A stretch of DNA of 64,000 nt from Lentisphaerae bacterium GWF2_57_35 (GTDB lineage Bacteria > Verrucomicrobiota > Kiritimatiellia > CAIQIC01 > GWF2-57-35), in assembly GCA_001804865.1 (NCBI GenBank), contig MHBK01000061.1:9547-73546 (forward strand). The letters run 5' to 3'. The notes beneath the pieces were generated by a model that saw nothing but the letters and a program-made list of their open reading frames with translations, was not told the DNA's origin and did no database searches. Positions within the stretch are counted from its first letter, which is position 1; every line of letters begins with the position of its first letter. The translations under genes and the position numbers were made by a program. This document shows positions 61,276-64,000 of the stretch, piece after piece.

Positions 61276-64000
61276 GCATCGCCCGGTTTTCGGTTCATCG
61301 CCCCGTATTTGTCACGATGGCGGCGCTGATCGTCATTATCCTTGGGGCGATTTCGCTCCTTCGCATACCGGTCGATCTCATGCCGGATATCACCGATCCG
61401 ACCATCAGCATCTCCACGACCTACGAGAATGCCAGCCCGGAAGAGATTGAGGAACTGGTCACGCGTCCCATCGAGGAAGCCATGAGCGCCGTGCCGGGAG
61501 TCCAGGAGGTGGCGTCCTCCTCCTCCGAGGGGCGCAGCGTCGTGCGAGTCACCTTCGCCTGGGGTACGGATCTCGACGCGGGCGTCAACGATATCCGCGA
61601 CCGCCTGGATCGGGTCATTCCCGTCCTGCCGGAAGAGGCCGACCGGCCGGCCCTGCGCAAGTTCGATCTGGCGAGCTTTCCCATTCTTATCCTTGGCGCC
61701 GTCAGCGACCTCGATCCCGTCCGGATGCGTTTTCTGATCGACCACGACATCAAGAACCGGATCGAGCGCGTACCGGGCGTGGCCGCCATGGATGTCCGGG
61801 GCGGAGTGGAACGGGAGATTCAGGTCAATCTTCATGCCGACAAGCTTAACGCCATCGGCATTCCCATCGACCAGTTGGTGGCGCGCATTCGGACCGCGAA
61901 CGTTACGTTGCCGGCGGGTTCCATCGAGGCGGGCAACTACGAACTCATCCTGCGCACGCCGGGAGATTATACCAACCTCGAGCAAATCCGGGACACCGCG
62001 ATTGCGATTCGTAACGGCGTGCCCGTGCGTCTGGGCGACGTGGCCGACATCGAGGACAAGTGGCAGCGCATCACGCGTTTTGTCCGGGTGAACGACCGGC
62101 CCGGCGTCCGGCTGGCGGTCAACAAGCAGTCCGGCGCGAACACCGTCGAGGTGGCGGAGCAGGTGCTGGCCGAAATCGAGCGGATCAACGAGGACTTCCA
62201 ACAGATTCGGATTGTCCCGATCATCGATACGTCGGATTACATCCGCCGCTCGATCGGGAATGTGGGGTCCTCTATTATGCGGGGCGGTGCTTTTGCCGTG
62301 CTGGTGCTGCTTCTGTTCCTTCGGAATATCCGGAGCACGGCGGTCATCTCCCTGTCCATTCCCATTTCCATCGTCGCCACCTTCAGCCTGATCTATTTCG
62401 GCGGCTTTACCCTCAATCTTATGACGCTGGGCGGCCTGGCGTTAGGCGTTGGAATGCTGGTGGACAATGCCGTGGTGGTTCTTGAAAACATTTACCGGTT
62501 GCGCGAAGAGGGGCAGGCCGCCGAAGAAGCCGCCGTGCGGGGGACCGGCGAGGTTACGGCCGCCATCGTCGCCAGCACGATCACCACGCTGGTCGTTTTT
62601 CTGCCGATGATTTTCGTGCGGGGCATGGCAGGCGTCATGTTCCGGCAGCTCGCTTATGTGGTCAGCTTCTCGCTCATTTGCGCGCTGTTCGTCTCCTTGA
62701 CGCTCATCCCGATGCTGGCCTCGCGGTACATCCGCCCCACGGCGTTCGATCCCAACGAAAAAGAATCCTGGCTGCACAAGCTGTACCGCCTCAGCGGCGC
62801 CGGCCTGACGCGGCTGGACGATAACTATAAGCGCCTGCTGCATTACGCCCTCTCGCATCGGGCACTGGTGCTGATGGCGGTGGCCTTGCTCTTCGGCGCC
62901 AGCCTCCTGCTCGCGCCTCTCATCGGCAGCGAGCTGATGCCGCAAAGCGACGAAGGCGAAGTGCGCGTCAATCTGGAGATGGAAGTGGGCTCCCGGGTGT
63001 CCGTGACCGAGCAGGCGATGGCGCAGGTGGAGCGGATTGTTGCCCGGGAAGTGCCGGAAATTGTCAGCGTCGTAACCACCGTCGGCGGCTCCGGGTTCCA
63101 GGGCGGGGGCACGCACGAAGGCGAGATGCGTCTTGCCCTTGGGCCCCGGTCGCAGCGACAGCGTTCGAGCGAGGACGTGGCGGCGGCGCTCCGGAAGAAG
63201 CTTGCCGCCATCCCCGGCGCGACAATCCGCACGCGCGCCGGTCAGGGCTTGTTCATCCTGCGGCGGGTCAGCGGGGGCGCCGAAGCGGTGGAAATAGAAA
63301 TTCGGGGCTTCGATTTGGAGTCCGGAGACGCCCTGTCCCGGCAGGTCAAGGCCCTGGTGGAGGACATCCCGGGCGTGACCGATGCGCAAATCAGCCGCCA
63401 GCTCGGATCGCCCGAACGCATCGTCGCCATCGATCGCGCCAAGGCCGAAGCCTTGAAGCTTAGTGTTCGGCAGGTGGCGGAGGTCCTCCAGACGCTGGTC
63501 GCCGGCGCCCAGGCCGGCAACTACCGGGAGAGCGGCGACGAATACACGATTCGCGTCCGGCTCAAGGACGCCGAGTCGATGTCGCTGCGTGAAATCCTGG
63601 ATTTGACCCTGACCAATGCGGACGGCCAGCCCGTCGTGCTGAGGAATATCGTTTCCCTCGCGCCCCGTTCCGGCCCGGCCGCCATCGAGCGTAAACGGCA
63701 GGAGCGGCTGGTCACGGTGCGGGCCAACATCCAGGGCCGCGATTTGGGTTCGGTGATCGCCGACGCGCGGGAGCGGCTGCGGTCGCTTCCCGTGCCGGCG
63801 GGTTTTTCCATCGGCTTTGGCGGCAATTACGAGGATCAGCAAAAGTCGTTTCGGGAATTGGGCCTCGGCCTGGCGCTCGCGCTGCTGCTGGTCTACATGG
63901 TCATGGCTTGCCTGTACGAATCGTTGCGCGATCCCCTGGTCGTGATGTTTTCCGTGCCGCTGGCCGTCATCGGCGTGATCCTGACGCTCTTCCTGACCAA
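61272..64000 (+). CDS. RND efflux permease (AcrB/HAE1 family); 3' end beyond the window
   Basis: ATGA overlap with the adaptor gene. MSIARFSVHRPVFVTMAALIVIILGAISLLRIPVDLMPDITDP... is a typical AcrB N-terminus. The frame stays open to the window end. Confidence 0.85.
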   Translation, partial: MSIARFSVHRPVFVTMAALIVIILGAISLLRIPVDLMPDITDPTISISTTYENASPEEIEELVTRPIEEAMSAVPGVQEVASSSSEGRSVVRVTFAWGTDLDAGVNDIRDRLDRVIPVLPEEADRPALRKFDLASFPILILGAVSDLDPVRMRFLIDHDIKNRIERVPGVAAMDVRGGVEREIQVNLHADKLNAIGIPIDQLVARIRTANVTLPAGSIEAGNYELILRTPGDYTNLEQIRDTAIAIRNGVPVRLGDVADIEDKWQRITRFVRVNDRPGVRLAVNKQSGANTVEVAEQVLAEIERINEDFQQIRIVPIIDTSDYIRRSIGNVGSSIMRGGAFAVLVLLLFLRNIRSTAVISLSIPISIVATFSLIYFGGFTLNLMTLGGLALGVGMLVDNAVVVLENIYRLREEGQAAEEAAVRGTGEVTAAIVASTITTLVVFLPMIFVRGMAGVMFRQLAYVVSFSLICALFVSLTLIPMLASRYIRPTAFDPNEKESWLHKLYRLSGAGLTRLDDNYKRLLHYALSHRALVLMAVALLFGASLLLAPLIGSELMPQSDEGEVRVNLEMEVGSRVSVTEQAMAQVERIVAREVPEIVSVVTTVGGSGFQGGGTHEGEMRLALGPRSQRQRSSEDVAAALRKKLAAIPGATIRTRAGQGLFILRRVSGGAEAVEIEIRGFDLESGDALSRQVKALVEDIPGVTDAQISRQLGSPERIVAIDRAKAEALKLSVRQVAEVLQTLVAGAQAGNYRESGDEYTIRVRLKDAESMSLREILDLTLTNADGQPVVLRNIVSLAPRSGPAAIERKRQERLVTVRANIQGRDLGSVIADARERLRSLPVPAGFSIGFGGNYEDQQKSFRELGLGLALALLLVYMVMACLYESLRDPLVVMFSVPLAVIGVILTLFLT

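Noticed and set aside
48015-63842. Other long antisense ORFs: 48015..48980(+), 52819..54321(+), 54984..56345(+), 57239..59095(+), 50172..50909(+), 62442..63842(-), 61008..62201(-), 60280..61209(-)
   Set aside because: Each is the mirror frame of a strongly supported gene (rSAM, ammonia-lyase, ligase, KS/FabG, MMPL, AcrB, MFP). GC-driven artefacts.
1-64000. Search for tRNA/rRNA genes and CRISPR arrays
   Set aside because: No T-loop/acceptor-like cloverleaf candidates (GGTTCGAATCC-type), no rRNA-like stretches, and no regularly spaced direct repeats with unique spacers were seen. The repeats present are palindromic REP-like elements.

Overview
High-GC (roughly 60-65%) bacterial chromosomal segment, densely coded, with no rRNA, tRNA or CRISPR detected by eye. 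The dominant content is lipid/polyketide machinery resembling a flexirubin-type aryl-polyene plus dialkylresorcinol (APE-DAR) pigment system. It is spread over three loci. Locus A (7.6-13.8 kb, + strand) carries a hotdog dehydratase, a thioesterase, a KS fused to a CLF-like domain, two B12-binding radical SAM enzymes and an LpxL-type acyltransferase. Locus B (31.2-42.1 kb) carries a SAM methyltransferase, DarA, DarB, a BtrH_N-like protein, an ABC exporter, two ACPs, a CLF-like protein and a KS. Locus C (47.5-59.2 kb, - strand) carries FabG, a KS, an ACP, a PlsC-like acyltransferase, a PaaK-like ligase, a dehydratase, a HAL/TAL-family ammonia-lyase, a LolA-like carrier, an MMPL exporter, a lipoprotein and a third B12-binding radical SAM enzyme. 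Between loci A and B lies a 16.2-kb gene for a ~5,400-aa secreted repeat protein (beta-helix modules, Ig-like and CARDB repeats, carboxypeptidase-regulatory-like repeats). Loci B and C are separated by an insertion zone containing a truncated YhcG/DUF1016 remnant and a ~2.1-kb low-GC island with an AAA_21 ATPase + RloB-like gene pair (AbiL-like anti-phage module). The window also holds housekeeping genes (aroK, a cspA-family cold-shock protein, a CpXC protein, a DUF2723 membrane protein, a TPR protein, an NYN/YacP-like protein). An RND efflux pair (membrane fusion protein + AcrB-like pump, truncated at the window end) closes the window. A degenerate REP-associated tyrosine transposase (RAYT) is present with at least three families of dispersed REP-like hairpin repeats. 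Several perfect palindromes and one ~200-bp long inverted repeat look like regulatory or structural elements. Many long ORFs on the opposite strand of real genes are GC-driven shadow ORFs and were rejected.
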